In this document: positions 9,537 to 21,212 of the stretch, one piece after another
How positions within the stretch are numbered: position 1 is the first letter of the stretch
Layout of the letters: each line of letters starts with the position of its first letter
DNA from: an uncultured archaeon
GTDB taxonomy: Archaea > Asgardarchaeota > Lokiarchaeia > Sigyniarchaeales > SOKP01
Assembly: GCA_964486045.1 (NCBI GenBank)
Contig: CAZALK010000020.1
Span: 1-64,000 of the forward strand
DNA: 64,000 bases
Direction: 5' to 3'
Notes under the pieces: generated by a model
Databases searched by the model: none
What the model saw: only the letters and a program-made list of their open reading frames with translations
Told to the model about the DNA's origin: nothing
Position numbers and translations under genes: made by a program

Positions 9537-9730
9537 CTATTCAGCTCCATCCCAGCAATATGTACACAGTCTTTCTTTTGGCAACCCTATAGCCTTAACC
9601 AAATCTTCTAGTTTCTGGTATTGTAAGGTTGTCAACTGCAACCTTTTACGTATTACTTCAACCATAGCTTTATAATTGTCAGACTCTAGATTAATATCTC
9701 CTGAAGGATCATCAATATCACTGTTTAAAT
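9537..9730 (-). pseudogene. 3' remnant of a PurF-like paralog
   Basis: Translates to ...ESDNYKAMVEVIRKRLQLTTLQYQKLEDLVKAIGLPKERLCTYCWDGAE*; no upstream domains. Confidence 0.8.
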
Positions 9731-9770
9731 TGAAGAAAGTAGGTAATGATAAAATAAGTTTAAAATTTAT

Positions 9771-10290
9771 TTAATCTTGCATAGTTGTTAATTCCTCGAA
9801 AGCTAATAATAATCCAATACCATCCCAACAATAAGTGCATAATTTCTCCTTAGGTAATCCAATCGCATTTACCAAATTCTCAAGCTTCTGGTATTTTAGG
9901 GTAGTTAGATTTAGTTTCTCTCTAATCACTTCAACCAAATCCTTATAATTTTCAGAATCAGGGTTAGTATATTCAATAGGGTTTTCTAAATCCTCCCCTA
10001 TCAAATCTTTAATCGCCCAACGTCCCGCTAAATCTAATTCTGAACGAGATCAGGAAAAATTAAGAAATTTGCACCCAAAAACAAGTGGAGGACAGGCGGG
10101 TCTCATGTGAACTTCTTTTGCTCCAAAGTCAAATAATCTCTCTATCCGTTTCCTAAGTTGGGTACCTCTAACAATAGAATCTTCACAAAATAGAAGGCGA
10201 TTATTATTAATGAGACCCTCAATTGGGATCAGTTTCATTTTAGCAACTTGGTCTCTTACAGATTGGATTTGAGGCATAAAACTCCTTACA
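9771..10290 (-). pseudogene. 5'-truncated PurF-like paralog remnant with an in-frame TGA
   Basis: RSFMPQ...EDSIVRGTQL...MRPACPP...CKFLNFS*SRSELDLAGR...LCTYCWDG. TGA at 10052-10050 where Arg (CGA) is expected. Confidence 0.82.
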
Positions 10291-10371
10291 CTAAGTATAA
10301 ATCTAAACGAGTTACAAATCCGTGTCAAAAAACAGATTATATTTTAGCTACAAAAATGTCAAAGGTTTTTT

Positions 10372-11001
10372 CTACCTCCTACAATAATCAATGAAATTTT
10401 TATAGATTTGAATACCATTTTTACTTGATTTTTCTGGGTGAAATTGTGTTGCAAAGATATTATCTTTACAAATTATTGAGCTATATTCAGTATTCCCGTA
10501 TCTTGTTTTTCCAATGATATTTTTGTTCTTCTTTGGAATCGTATAAAGGCTATGAATAAAATAGAAATAAGAATCATTAGGTATACCTTGAATTAAGAAG
10601 TTTTCTTTATCAACAAAACTAACATTATTCCAACCTATCTGTGGTATCTTATTTACTTTTGTTTTTTTAAAAGGGATCACGTTTCCCTCAATTAAATTCA
10701 ATCCTTTATTATCTCCCATCTCAGAGCTGGTAGAAAATAATAACTGTTGTCCCAGACATATTCCAAATAATGGAATTTTCTCATTTACAACCTGATTTAT
10801 AGTTGAAATTAGATTTTTCTCTTTTAAATGCCTCATAGCATCTCCAAAAGCTCCTACCCCCGGTAGAATAACACCATCCGCGGCTAATATCTCTTTTGGG
10901 TCTTCTGTAATAGTTGATTCAACATTTAAATGCTTAACACACTTATAAATGCTCTTTAAATTTCCCATCTCGTAATCAATGATTGCAATATTAAACGGCA
11001 T
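10372..11001 (-). CDS. hisH: Imidazole glycerol phosphate synthase, glutaminase subunit
   Basis: ILPGVGAF, GICLGQQ, YFIHS, QFHPEKS. Confidence 0.96.
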   Translation of the reverse strand: MPFNIAIIDYEMGNLKSIYKCVKHLNVESTITEDPKEILAADGVILPGVGAFGDAMRHLKEKNLISTINQVVNEKIPLFGICLGQQLLFSTSSEMGDNKGLNLIEGNVIPFKKTKVNKIPQIGWNNVSFVDKENFLIQGIPNDSYFYFIHSLYTIPKKNKNIIGKTRYGNTEYSSIICKDNIFATQFHPEKSSKNGIQIYKNFIDYCRR

Positions 11002-11004
11002 AAT

Positions 11005-11820
11005 TTATATCCTCATTGGTACGCCAGCTTTTTTACATTCAAGTTTCACTTTTTTTATTGGATATTCATTAAAGTGAAATATGGAAGCAGCTAAGGCAGC
11101 ATCTGCTTTACCAATCTTAAAGGAATCAATAATATGTTGTGGATTACCTGCTCCACCTGAAGCAATGATCGGAACGTCTAATCTCTCACTAAAAACTTGA
11201 GTCAATTCTAAATCATAACCTTCCTTGGTCCCATCACAGTCCATTGATGTTAACATGATTTCACCACTACCTAAGCTAGTAGTTTCTTCACCCCAAAGAA
11301 TAGCATCCTTTCCAGTAGGTGTTCGACCACCGTGTATGTAAACTTCCCACCAACAATATTCATCTTTAACCTTTATGACAACATTTTCTTTTGCATAATC
11401 AGGAGATTTGACATAAACTCTTTTTGCATCAATTGCTGTCATAATACATTGAGAACCAAAGATTTTTGTAGAATCTTTTACCAAGTTTGGATTCTCAACA
11501 GCGGCTGTATTTATTGAGACTTTATCTGCTCCTGCTCTTAGTATTTCCTTAATATCCCCTACGGTTCTTAATCCGCCCCCCACAGTAAATGGTATAAAAA
11601 CTTGATCTCCTGTTCTTTCTACTAATTCAATTAAAATTTTCCTCTTGTCTGAGGAGGCTGTTATATCTAAAAAAATCAATTCGTCTGCTCCCTCTTCATC
11701 ATAAAATTTACTTAATTCTACAGCGTCTCCTGCGTCTTTTAAGTCAATAAATTTTGTACCTTTAACGACCCTCCCTTTTGTCACATCTAAGCAGGGAATA
11801 ATTCGTTTAGTTAAAACCAT
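11005..11820 (-). CDS. hisF: Imidazole glycerol phosphate synthase, cyclase subunit
   Basis: [41 protein letters not shown]. Confidence 0.96.
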   Translation of the reverse strand: MVLTKRIIPCLDVTKGRVVKGTKFIDLKDAGDAVELSKFYDEEGADELIFLDITASSDKRKILIELVERTGDQVFIPFTVGGGLRTVGDIKEILRAGADKVSINTAAVENPNLVKDSTKIFGSQCIMTAIDAKRVYVKSPDYAKENVVIKVKDEYCWWEVYIHGGRTPTGKDAILWGEETTSLGSGEIMLTSMDCDGTKEGYDLELTQVFSERLDVPIIASGGAGNPQHIIDSFKIGKADAALAASIFHFNEYPIKKVKLECKKAGVPMRI

Positions 11821-11983
11821 GATATTGATTTTATATTTTTTTAAGTGTCCTTTCTTAAATTTTTATCTGAGTTGTAGCTTTTTTGAAGTCTTCCCTATAT
11901 TCTTTAGATTCAATCATTTTTATTTCTATATTCTAAATCATAGGAGTGAAATCTTCATTAACTTCTTAATTTTATGTAAAGTG

Positions 11984-14389
11984 TTATGTCAAATTTAGAT
12001 AATTAAATAATCCTCCGACTAATTGTCCTGTGCTTATCCCAGCATCCCCCGGTGATATACTATTATGTTCTAGAAACACAAAACCAGAATTTAAAACTGC
12101 ATCTTTTATAGCTTTTGAAAAAGAATAATTATAAGCTACCCCACCTGATAACCCAATTTTACCTACATTATTTTCTTTAGCAATTCGTATAGCTGTTTTA
12201 GCAAATGTTTTACCAAGTTCAATTTGGAATTTAGCAGCAATATCTTCCTTTCTGAGGTTTGGCTCTTCTAATAAGGAGATTATATGTATAATTAATTCTG
12301 AAGTTTTAATAATATATATTCCGTTTTTTTTTGTAAATCCAATTTCGAACTCGACATTATGTGAATTTCCTTTCACAGCCATACCTTCAAGTCTCATAGC
12401 GGGTTCTCCCCTATAAGTTTTTATCTTTGAAGCTCCTAATAGATATGAAATTGAATCGAATAACCTTCCAGTAGAACTAGTTAAAGGTATATTCTGAGAG
12501 GAAAATTCGCTATTTGCATGTTTGAATTGAGAAATTATTGTTTGTAATTCAGTAGCTTTATATTCAAGATCATCTTCAATTCTTAATTTTTTGAAGAGCT
12601 TATTAGCTTCATCTGAACCGAGTGCATTTAAAATTATAGAAGCACTCATTCGAGCAGGATATTTTGTACAACGATCTCCTCCTATCATGGGTTGGTATTC
12701 TAGATGCCCTAATCGTTTATAATCCTTATATGAAGATAATAGAATTTCTCCACCCCATATATTACCATCTTCACCATAACCAACACCATCAGCAGCTATT
12801 CCAATAATTTTTTCATCGTTCTGTACATTATTCTCAACCATCAATGATAATATATGAGCATGATGGTGCGGTATTTTAAATAAACTACAATTAAATTGAT
12901 TTTTTAACTCACCCGCTAGTTTAGTTGTAATAAATTCCGGATGAGCGTCACATGCTATGAATTTAATTTCAGAATCCTCAATTTGCAAAAGTCTTTTCAT
13001 ATGATCTAGAGCTACTTTTAAGAATTCATAAGTCTCTAGATGAGAAACATTACCAATGTGTTGCGTCGGAAAGACTCTATTTCTCCTTAAAATCGCCCCT
13101 GTCGTTGCTAACAAGGGTCCAGTTGCAATTGCTCCTGGAATATCTACTTCAAATGGCAATGGGAAGTATTCTGGTACATAACCTCGTGATCTTCTAATAG
13201 ATTTTACTTTTTCATCATGAATTCTTAAAACACTATCATCTACTCTTTGGTGTATTGGTCTATTGTGAAGGAGAAAAGCATCTGCCAGATCTTGAAGCTG
13301 ATCAAATATTTTTACATTATCAGTAGCCATAGGGATGTAAGATTTATTTCCGCTGGTAAAAACTAATGGCTTTTCTCCAATATAATCAAATAATAGATGA
13401 TGAATACCGGAATATGGGAGCATTATTCCGACATTACTTAATCCTGGAGCGATTAATTTACTAATTACAGAATATTCGTTTGAATTTATTCTTTCTAAAA
13501 GAACAATAGGTCTGCGAAATGATTTCAAAAGGTCACGCTCTCTTTTGGAGATCTTTAATATATTTTTAATGATTTCTAAATCTGGAACCATTAGAGCAAA
13601 GGGTTTATACTTTCTATCACCTTTTCTTTTCCGTAATTTAAGAATAACATCGTCATTATCACAATTTGCCACTAAATGCACACCTCCTATACCTTTAACT
13701 GCAATAATATTTCCTTCCTCTATTCTTTTAGTTGTTTCATGCAAAATTTCTTTTATCGAACCATCTTTGATGATATCTCTCTGTTTGTTATAAAGTTTGT
13801 AATGGGGTCCACAAACAGAACAAGAAAATGTTTGAGCATGAAATCTCCGATTTTTGAAGTCTGAGTATTCCTGAACACACGATAATGGATCTGCCTGTTT
13901 ACAAAGAGGAAAGTTAATCATAGTGCTTCGCTCTCTATCATAAGGTAATTCAGTAACCGTTGTAAATCGTGGACCACAAACAGCACATGCAATAAAGGGA
14001 TACTGATAATACTTTTTTTTTTGAGAATTGTACATATCCTTTAAACAATCATTACAGATTGCAATATCTGGCGGGAGTGTTAAACTAATACCTCGTCCTT
14101 GCTCACTTCTTTCAATTTTTAATTCTTTAAAAATTACTTCAGAGGTAAATTCCTTAACTTGAATGTTTTCTATAAAACTAATTTTTGGTTTCTTTTTTCT
14201 TATATTTGTAATAAAAGTATTGACATTAACTCGTTTTCCTTGTAGAACTAATCTTACTCCTGCATTTCCTCGATTTAATATACTTCCCCTTAAAGCTTGA
14301 TCACGAGCTAAGTTAAATAAAAAAGGTCTAAAACCTATTCCTTGAACAATTCCCGTAATTTCAATTTCTACATTAATTATTTCAATCAA
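11984..14389 (-). CDS. hypF: [NiFe]-hydrogenase maturation carbamoyltransferase
   Basis: GIVQGIGFRPF acylphosphatase domain, CxxC zinc fingers, KGIGGVHL, HHHAH, GDAGISTGQ. Confidence 0.95.
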   Translation of the reverse strand: MIEIINVEIEITGIVQGIGFRPFLFNLARDQALRGSILNRGNAGVRLVLQGKRVNVNTFITNIRKKKPKISFIENIQVKEFTSEVIFKELKIERSEQGRGISLTLPPDIAICNDCLKDMYNSQKKKYYQYPFIACAVCGPRFTTVTELPYDRERSTMINFPLCKQADPLSCVQEYSDFKNRRFHAQTFSCSVCGPHYKLYNKQRDIIKDGSIKEILHETTKRIEEGNIIAVKGIGGVHLVANCDNDDVILKLRKRKGDRKYKPFALMVPDLEIIKNILKISKRERDLLKSFRRPIVLLERINSNEYSVISKLIAPGLSNVGIMLPYSGIHHLLFDYIGEKPLVFTSGNKSYIPMATDNVKIFDQLQDLADAFLLHNRPIHQRVDDSVLRIHDEKVKSIRRSRGYVPEYFPLPFEVDIPGAIATGPLLATTGAILRRNRVFPTQHIGNVSHLETYEFLKVALDHMKRLLQIEDSEIKFIACDAHPEFITTKLAGELKNQFNCSLFKIPHHHAHILSLMVENNVQNDEKIIGIAADGVGYGEDGNIWGGEILLSSYKDYKRLGHLEYQPMIGGDRCTKYPARMSASIILNALGSDEANKLFKKLRIEDDLEYKATELQTIISQFKHANSEFSSQNIPLTSSTGRLFDSISYLLGASKIKTYRGEPAMRLEGMAVKGNSHNVEFEIGFTKKNGIYIIKTSELIIHIISLLEEPNLRKEDIAAKFQIELGKTFAKTAIRIAKENNVGKIGLSGGVAYNYSFSKAIKDAVLNSGFVFLEHNSISPGDAGISTGQLVGGLFNYLNLT

Positions 14390-14808
14390 ATACCAGTCTT
14401 TTTAACTAAACTAAGTAACTATCATAAAAAAAATTAATTTGAGATTTTATTTAAAAAAAGAAATCGGTTAATTAGAAGTTTTTTTATTGGGGTACTTAAG
14501 AATAAATCAAGAAGTATTTTTATTAATTTTTAAAGAAAAATATAGAGTATGAATCCTTGAAGGATTCTACCAACCTATTGAAATCAAAAAAATACAAATC
14601 TTATATTAATTTGTATTTTCTGGAACAGATTCTCCAGTGTATGGCATTTTATAAAGCCTCCTACCCATTAATTTATGGTTGGGCGCTTTATTTCTTAAAA
14701 AATGTATATAATGTACGAGAAAAAGAGTTCAATTTAAATCTTAGAATAAATAGATTCTTAAAATACAGAGAAATATAATAAATCATTTCCTTGGTCCTTA
14801 TAGTAATT

Positions 14809-15912
14809 TTATTCACTATGATATCTATAGTAAATAGAACATGTACCTTCCATTGATACCATACAAGGTCCAATTGGATTAATTGGTGTACACTCCTTTC
14901 TAAACAAACTACACTCGTAAGGATAGAGTTTTCCAACCATAATTAAGTGGCATGAACAACCAGGTGGAATATCTTGAGACATTTCAATTTTGATATCAAA
15001 CTTTTTCTCTGCATCGAATTCTTGATATTTTTCCCTTATAACCAAACCTCCATCAAGAACTCTCCCAATTCCTCTCCATGGAGATGAAACAGGCTGAAAA
15101 ACATCCGTAATAATTTTTTGGGCGATTAAATTTCCTTCAGGTTTAACTACTCTAGAATATTCATTTAAAGAGTCGTATTTTTTATCTCTCACTTGCTTTA
15201 GAAGCATTAAAATTGAGAGTAAAACATCATTAGGTTCAAATCCCGATACAACATTAGGAATTCTATACCCCAGTGAAAAAATCTCATACGGTTTCAAACC
15301 AATAATTGTTGAAACGTGACCAGGCGATATAAATCCATCTATTCTTAACTGGGATTGGCTTATTAAAAGTTCCAAGGCGGCTGGAATTAGTTTGTGAGCG
15401 CAAATTACGGAAAAGTTCGAGGGTGGATTAGACTGTAATTCATAACCAATTAAAGGAACAGTAGTTTCAAATCCTATGGCAAAAAATATAACCTCTTTAT
15501 CTGGGTTTTCTTTCGCGATTTTTACAGCATTATTAGGTCCATACACTATTCGAACATCAGCTCCTTTAGCTTTGAGTTCAGCTAAAGATATAGACGTCGC
15601 AGGTACTCGTATCATATCCCCAAAAGTTGTTATAATAGTATCATCTCGGCTCCCGAGTTTAATTGCTTTATCAATATCCGCTGAAGGACAAATGCATACT
15701 GGACACCCCGGACCCGATAGTATTTCGATTTCTTTTGGTAAAAGAGTTCTTAAACCGTATTTTGACATTGTATGTTCATGAGTTCCACACACATGCATAA
15801 ATTTAACTGGTTTAGATATTTCTTTACTCGTGTCATTAATTGCTTTTATAATTTGAGATGTGAAATCTTTACTCCTTAAAACTTTAATTCCGGGGATATT
15901 CATATTTTTCAC
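14809..15912 (-). CDS. hypD: Hydrogenase maturation protein HypD
   Basis: MHVCGTH, GPGCPVC, GFETT, PGHVS, GPCMVSMEGTC. Confidence 0.96.
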   Translation of the reverse strand: MKNMNIPGIKVLRSKDFTSQIIKAINDTSKEISKPVKFMHVCGTHEHTMSKYGLRTLLPKEIEILSGPGCPVCICPSADIDKAIKLGSRDDTIITTFGDMIRVPATSISLAELKAKGADVRIVYGPNNAVKIAKENPDKEVIFFAIGFETTVPLIGYELQSNPPSNFSVICAHKLIPAALELLISQSQLRIDGFISPGHVSTIIGLKPYEIFSLGYRIPNVVSGFEPNDVLLSILMLLKQVRDKKYDSLNEYSRVVKPEGNLIAQKIITDVFQPVSSPWRGIGRVLDGGLVIREKYQEFDAEKKFDIKIEMSQDIPPGCSCHLIMVGKLYPYECSLFRKECTPINPIGPCMVSMEGTCSIYYRYHSE

Positions 15913-15915
15913 ATT

Positions 15916-16968
15916 TTAGCAAATTCGAGGAATTGGTTCACCTAACGGCATATCTACAAATCTAGTGCCCCCTACAATCGTGTTTAAGAACACCTTCTTA
16001 GGATGATCTACCTTTACCTCGCCAATAAGTTTTGAATTCTTTCCTATTTCAGTTAATTTTAATTTATCTAAAACATCCTTAGAATGAGCAGGATCAACGG
16101 CTATAAGTGCTCTTCCTTCACAAGCTATATTATATGGATCTAACCCTAACATATCACATATAGCGGTAACTTGTTTTTTAATTGGAATTTTTTCTTCGTC
16201 AACCAAGATACTTACGTTAGATTTTATTGCCCAATCATTTAAAACGGCTGCTAATCCTCCCCTTGTAGGGTCTTTCATGGCATGAATAAAATTGTTATTT
16301 ATTTCAAACTTAAGTGAGCTATAAATCTCATGCAATAATGAGATGTCTGATTTTAAATCAGTAGAAATATTTAAACCTTCTCGAGATGCCATTAAAGCTG
16401 TCCCATGATCTCCAATACTTCCAGTAACGATAATTTTATCTCCAATTTTAAGATTTTTATCCAATATCCTAATTTTTTTATCCTTTATTCCTATTCCTGT
16501 TGTGGCAATTATCATTTCATTCAGTGTACCTTTTGGCATAACTTTAGTATCTCCAGCAATTATAGCTATATTGGCTTCCAGTGCTTTTGCATTCATAGAC
16601 TTAACTATTTTTTCTAATTTTTCAAATTCTATTCCTTCTTCAATGATGATTATCGATGTTAAAGCTATTGGTCTTGCACCCATCATTATGAGATCATTCA
16701 CAGTACTACAAACACTTAACGTGCCTAAATCTCCGCCAGGAAAAAACAGGGGATAAATCGTATGACCATCTGCTGTTACAACAATTTCTTTATCATAACG
16801 TTCTAATGGTATTGTAGCACCATCATCTAATTCCTCAACACCAATACCATTATTAACATTTTTATATGGAATATCTTTAGTAATGAAATCTATTAATTCT
16901 TCTTGTAAAAGTCCCCCAGCTCCATGTGCCAAACGGATGACATTTAGATTCCGTTTTTTTTCACTCAT
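15916..16968 (-). CDS. hypE: Hydrogenase maturation carbamoyl dehydratase
   Basis: AHGAGG, FFPGGDLG, DPTRGG, C-terminal PRIC. Confidence 0.96.
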   Translation of the reverse strand: MSEKKRNLNVIRLAHGAGGLLQEELIDFITKDIPYKNVNNGIGVEELDDGATIPLERYDKEIVVTADGHTIYPLFFPGGDLGTLSVCSTVNDLIMMGARPIALTSIIIIEEGIEFEKLEKIVKSMNAKALEANIAIIAGDTKVMPKGTLNEMIIATTGIGIKDKKIRILDKNLKIGDKIIVTGSIGDHGTALMASREGLNISTDLKSDISLLHEIYSSLKFEINNNFIHAMKDPTRGGLAAVLNDWAIKSNVSILVDEEKIPIKKQVTAICDMLGLDPYNIACEGRALIAVDPAHSKDVLDKLKLTEIGKNSKLIGEVKVDHPKKVFLNTIVGGTRFVDMPLGEPIPRIC

Positions 16969-17071
16969 GACAAAAGAAAAGAAAGAAAAATTAAAAGAAT
17001 TTAGATTATCTACTCTTATCTAGTGAAATTCTTATTCAAAGATATGAAAATCACTTAGTAATTTTATAGTT

Positions 17072-18289
17072 TCAACTACTTTCATACTTTTTCTTTTTTC
17101 TAAATATCAAAAATAAAACTATCGCAATGGATAAAGGAACAGCAATTCCCATAACTAGCATAGCTTGATTTCCCAAAAAGTATAACACTAATCCTGATAT
17201 AGGTGCTCCCAGTGCAATTCCCGCAACAACTAACGCATAAAAAGTACCAGTGGCAACACCTCTGTTATGTTTTTCAGTATTATTTCTCATAATTCCAGCT
17301 GAAGTAGGGAAAATCATTCCATGCCCAATTCCAAAAATAATCATCCCAAATATTGGAAGTGGTGAGATCACTGAAATTGTTAATACGAGAAAACTAAGGG
17401 AGACAAATAATAATCCATAAATCATTATTTTTGATTTTCCTTTCTTATCACTCAATATGCCTGATGGGTAATGAACCAATATTGATAATAACACTAAAAC
17501 ACTAAAAATCATTCCAATTTGACCATCGGTATAACTAGAATCCTTAAGAAGAATTGAGTATGTCGCTGTAATAATACCTAGATTAAAATTCAACGCTAAA
17601 ATGCCTAAATATGGAGAAATCATCTTCTTAGAGGCAATTACTTCCCTAAAAATAGCAAGTTCCTTCTTTAAACTTAATTTCTCTTTAATTGGTTGATAGA
17701 TTGTTGGTAGAACAAATGATAATGCCGCCATAACAAACAATAATATTGAGATAATAAGAAATAAATTCTTATAACCAATTTGTGTAGCACCCACACCCCC
17801 AATCATAAAGCCAAATAGGAGTGCTATCCCAAATGAAATTCCATATAATGCCATTCCTCTCCCACTTTTCTCTTTTGGTGTTGCATCAGATAGATATGCC
17901 ATTGTTCCTGGGCCTCCAAAACCACCACCTAATCCATGAAAAATCCTAGCAAAAAGTAAAAAATAAGGATCTTGAGCAAGCGAATATAATAAAATTGATA
18001 TTCCGTCTAAAACAATACCAATCGTAATTAAAACTTTTCTCCCAAATTTGTCAACTAATCTTCCTGAAATGATATTCGCTGGTATGTGAACCATTGAATA
18101 AGCACCAACAATAAAAGAAGCAAGTATAACTGACGCCCCCAAACTAATAGCGTAATTAGAGATAATTGGAATCGCTACTGTGCTATCAAAATTCACTATA
18201 AAGGTTAATGACAATAATACAATGTAATGCTTTCTTCCAATTTTCGATGTCTTAGATATGCTAATTTCTTTACTTTTTCCCGATCTCAA
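17072..18289 (-). CDS. MFS transporter
   Basis: About 12 TM segments; motif A GRLVDKFGRK and GILSDKKGK. Confidence 0.9.
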   Translation of the reverse strand: MRSGKSKEISISKTSKIGRKHYIVLLSLTFIVNFDSTVAIPIISNYAISLGASVILASFIVGAYSMVHIPANIISGRLVDKFGRKVLITIGIVLDGISILLYSLAQDPYFLLFARIFHGLGGGFGGPGTMAYLSDATPKEKSGRGMALYGISFGIALLFGFMIGGVGATQIGYKNLFLIISILLFVMAALSFVLPTIYQPIKEKLSLKKELAIFREVIASKKMISPYLGILALNFNLGIITATYSILLKDSSYTDGQIGMIFSVLVLLSILVHYPSGILSDKKGKSKIMIYGLLFVSLSFLVLTISVISPLPIFGMIIFGIGHGMIFPTSAGIMRNNTEKHNRGVATGTFYALVVAGIALGAPISGLVLYFLGNQAMLVMGIAVPLSIAIVLFLIFRKKKKYESS

Positions 18290-18563
18290 TGTCGCGTATT
18301 TTATTACTTATGTTTTTTTCTAAAATTATGTTAATTTTTGAGTGATTTCTTAATATTGATAGTACGTTATTGAAATATCAAAATTATTATTACAATTTAA
18401 AATTGATTTTTTAATTCCCTTCAGATAAATCCATATTTTAGTCATTTAGGACAAGCAAATGTATACTAGAAAATAAAACTCATTAATGTTATAGTTCAAA
18501 GAGTTTCGAATAAAATTTCAGTAAGCTTAAATTAAAATTCCAATTAAAATACTTGAGCATATT

Positions 18564-18896
18564 ATGGGATCTTCTAAAAACCGTTTAGAAAGGGAGAGGG
18601 AAACAATGAATACGATGATTTACATGTATTGTAAGAACAATCATGATTCTAAAGATATATTATGTCAAGATTGTTCAGAGCTTTTGGAATATTCTGGAGA
18701 AAGACTCAAATATTGCCGGTTTGGTGAAAATAAACCTACTTGCGAGAAATGCCCGATACATTGTTATAAACCTGCTACTAGAGAAAATATTCGAAAAGTA
18801 ATGCGTTATGCTGGACCTCGAATGATTTATACACACCCTATTATGGGATTTCGGCATCTATTTAGAAAAATTAAAAAATTTGAAAATTCCGATTAA
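18564..18896 (+). CDS. YgbA-family Cys-rich small protein
   Basis: MIYMYC, LCQDC, KPTCEKCPIHCYKP, MRYAGPRM. Confidence 0.85.
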   Translation: MGSSKNRLERERETMNTMIYMYCKNNHDSKDILCQDCSELLEYSGERLKYCRFGENKPTCEKCPIHCYKPATRENIRKVMRYAGPRMIYTHPIMGFRHLFRKIKKFENSD

Positions 18897-18960
18897 CTTG
18901 TTTTTATTTTTCTTCCCATCGTTTATTTGAGAATATGGGTTCCAAAATCTAAAAATCAAA

Positions 18961-19197
18961 ATGGAAAGCATTAAGAAATTTGGTGTTGATGCTATTATCG
19001 TAAATTGTCCTGCATGTTTTCAGCAATTTAATACTCGACAAAGGGATCTTTCTAAAAATTTTGAAGCAGAGGTTAACATTTCTATCTTATATTTGACTGA
19101 ATTATACGCCTTAGCGATTGGAGTTAATCCAGACGAGTTAAGATTAAAATTTCATCGAACAAGATTGATTGCAGTTCTAGAAAAGCTTGGAATATAG
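18961..19197 (+). pseudogene. C-terminal remnant of an HdrB-like CCG-domain protein
   Basis: DAIIVNCPACFQQF...ILYLTELYALAIG...LKFH; only ~78 aa, N-terminal portion missing. Confidence 0.7.
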
Positions 19198-19332
19198 AAA
19201 AAGGACTCAATATCATAATAATTACTTTTTTTTATTTTCTAATTTTTAGCTCTTTAGTACTGTAAAATTTAAATAATAATGAATTCTTTAGTAAATTGGA
19301 GTTTTTAAATGTTTTAAATCAAGAACTCTATC

Positions 19333-20190
19333 TTGGTATGTTTTAAGAATATAAGAATTTATCAACCCATTTTAAGAGAAAATATAAAGATGATTCTCTA
19401 TAATTTAAATCGAGAAGCTCCTTGGTTTTACCACCATATTGAAAATTACTATCATCTATTTTTGAATATTAGATTTAATAATAGAATAATTACTGAAAGA
19501 TTGATAAATTTTTCAATAGAATTGGATATCCAAGGATTTGAAGGTATTATTTTTTATATGTATAAGCCACATCCTAGAAAGATAATATTCGACATATATA
19601 ACCATTCAATTGATCAAACCCATAAGATTGATAACTTAAATTACATATTAAATAAGCAACCACTGAATTCATTTGATTTTGCAATCATACCTTTTGGCTA
19701 TTTTAAAGATGAGCATAAATTTAGATTATCAATAACTAATAAAGAATTAGAATCAAGTTTTGATATCTTTTCTTGGGCGCCATCAAAAATTTACAAAAAT
19801 GTGAAATCTGTTATTAAAATAGATAATCGATATAGAGAGTTAATACCCATTGATGATTATAAAGGATTTTTTTTTCAAGTAGACGGTTCGTTTAAAGGGA
19901 ATGAAACTGGACGTTTATTCGATTTGATTAATCATCTTGTTGAATTAGATAAGAGTACTGATGAAATTAGTAAGAAATCTGCCTTTGAGCCTATGGATTT
20001 AGAAATAAAAACTTTAGTGTCTAAAACTAATGAGTTTTTATTTGAATTATGCAAAAAAACAGTTCCGCTAGGAATCAAAAACATATTACGAGAATTAGAA
20101 AGACTTAAATTCAATATTGACAGTCTGTCGAAAGAAGAAATCTTTAATTGGCTTGATGACCTGATTGATTTTTATGCTAGGAGAGAATAA
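19333..20190 (+). CDS. Hypothetical protein
   Basis: 285-aa ORF, no motif recognised; start uncertain. Confidence 0.65.
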   Translation: MVCFKNIRIYQPILRENIKMILYNLNREAPWFYHHIENYYHLFLNIRFNNRIITERLINFSIELDIQGFEGIIFYMYKPHPRKIIFDIYNHSIDQTHKIDNLNYILNKQPLNSFDFAIIPFGYFKDEHKFRLSITNKELESSFDIFSWAPSKIYKNVKSVIKIDNRYRELIPIDDYKGFFFQVDGSFKGNETGRLFDLINHLVELDKSTDEISKKSAFEPMDLEIKTLVSKTNEFLFELCKKTVPLGIKNILRELERLKFNIDSLSKEEIFNWLDDLIDFYARRE

Positions 20191-20236
20191 AGTATAAGAA
20201 AAATATTAAATTGGATTTCAGATCAGAGATAAGCGT

Positions 20237-20790
20237 CTATTCATCTCTGTGTTTAATTTTATTGAATATTACATGAATTAAAGCTCCAATGAAATAAATT
20301 ATTCCGATAAATAGTAACCCAAATTTTAGTGTCGCGCTTAATGATGCAATGAATGCATTCCATTCGTTATGAAAGATCGAGACATAATTAATAAATTCAC
20401 ATTTTCAATTATATCGAAAATTCCTGTTAAAAATGGTGTAACAACAATATAAGTCCCAATTGTCTGTATTTTGTTTTCGGATTTTTGTAATACTAGAACT
20501 ACAAGGCTAAATGCCAATGAAACATAGCCAATTATAAATAAGAAGTCCCAAAAAATCGCTATTTTCTGACTGGCAATGCCTTCATAATCCCACACTTCAA
20601 AAATTTTCTCAACTTGACTAGAATTCCAGGCAAATTCATAATCTAATATTCCATAAGTCGAAACTGTTGAATCGATGGGGATAAATACGAAGATTTCTAC
20701 TAAAAATACTATTAGAAATCCTACTGCAGTAAGTATAAACAATAGTTTTATTTTCGGAAATTCCTTAAATTTATCTAAAAACAGTTTATA
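20237..20790 (-). pseudogene. Frameshifted membrane protein
   Basis: ORF 20338-20742 continues in another frame after ~20360 as NAFIASLSATLKFGLLFIGIIYFIGALIHVIFNKIKHRDE* (TAG at 20239-20237). The 5' end also looks damaged. Confidence 0.65.
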
Positions 20791-20953
20791 TTTTCACGTT
20801 TTAACTTGATAATTTTCATGAGACTCATTTAAACATAATATTGTTTTCAAAATACTTAAAACTAAATAATTTACTTTTATAGAGAATCATTAATTTTAAT
20901 TGGCTCGGTTTATTTTCAATAGTGTAATAAATAAAACTAATTAAAATGCTATT

Positions 20954-21196
20954 ATGTGTTTAGCTATACCCGGGAAAATCTTGAAGATTGATGGGAATTC
21001 TGCTTTAGTTGATTTTAATGGCCTTACGCAAAATGTGATAGTTGTTTTAATTCAAAATCCCGAAGTGGGTAAATTCGTTATTGTTCACGCGGGTTATGCT
21101 ATTGAAATGATGAATGAGAAAGATGCCCTAGAATCAATTGAACAATGGAAAGAACTTGCTGAAGAACAGAATTTAGATTTGTCCGATATATTATAA
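20954..21196 (+). CDS. hypC: Hydrogenase maturation chaperone HypC
   Basis: MCLAIPGK, VHAGYAI. Confidence 0.96.
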   Translation: MCLAIPGKILKIDGNSALVDFNGLTQNVIVVLIQNPEVGKFVIVHAGYAIEMMNEKDALESIEQWKELAEEQNLDLSDIL

Positions 21197-21212
21197 TAAA
21201 CTTAATCAACTT

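Noticed and set aside
10050-10052. TGA as selenocysteine in the PurF-like fragment
   Set aside because: The position corresponds to Arg (CGA to TGA), not Cys, and the gene is already 5'-truncated.
20345-20370. Possible 11-nt BHB-like intron at the membrane-gene frameshift (GAAU/AUUC helix)
   Set aside because: The outer helix has only one pair and there is no inner stem. A single-base deletion in an already damaged gene explains it more simply.
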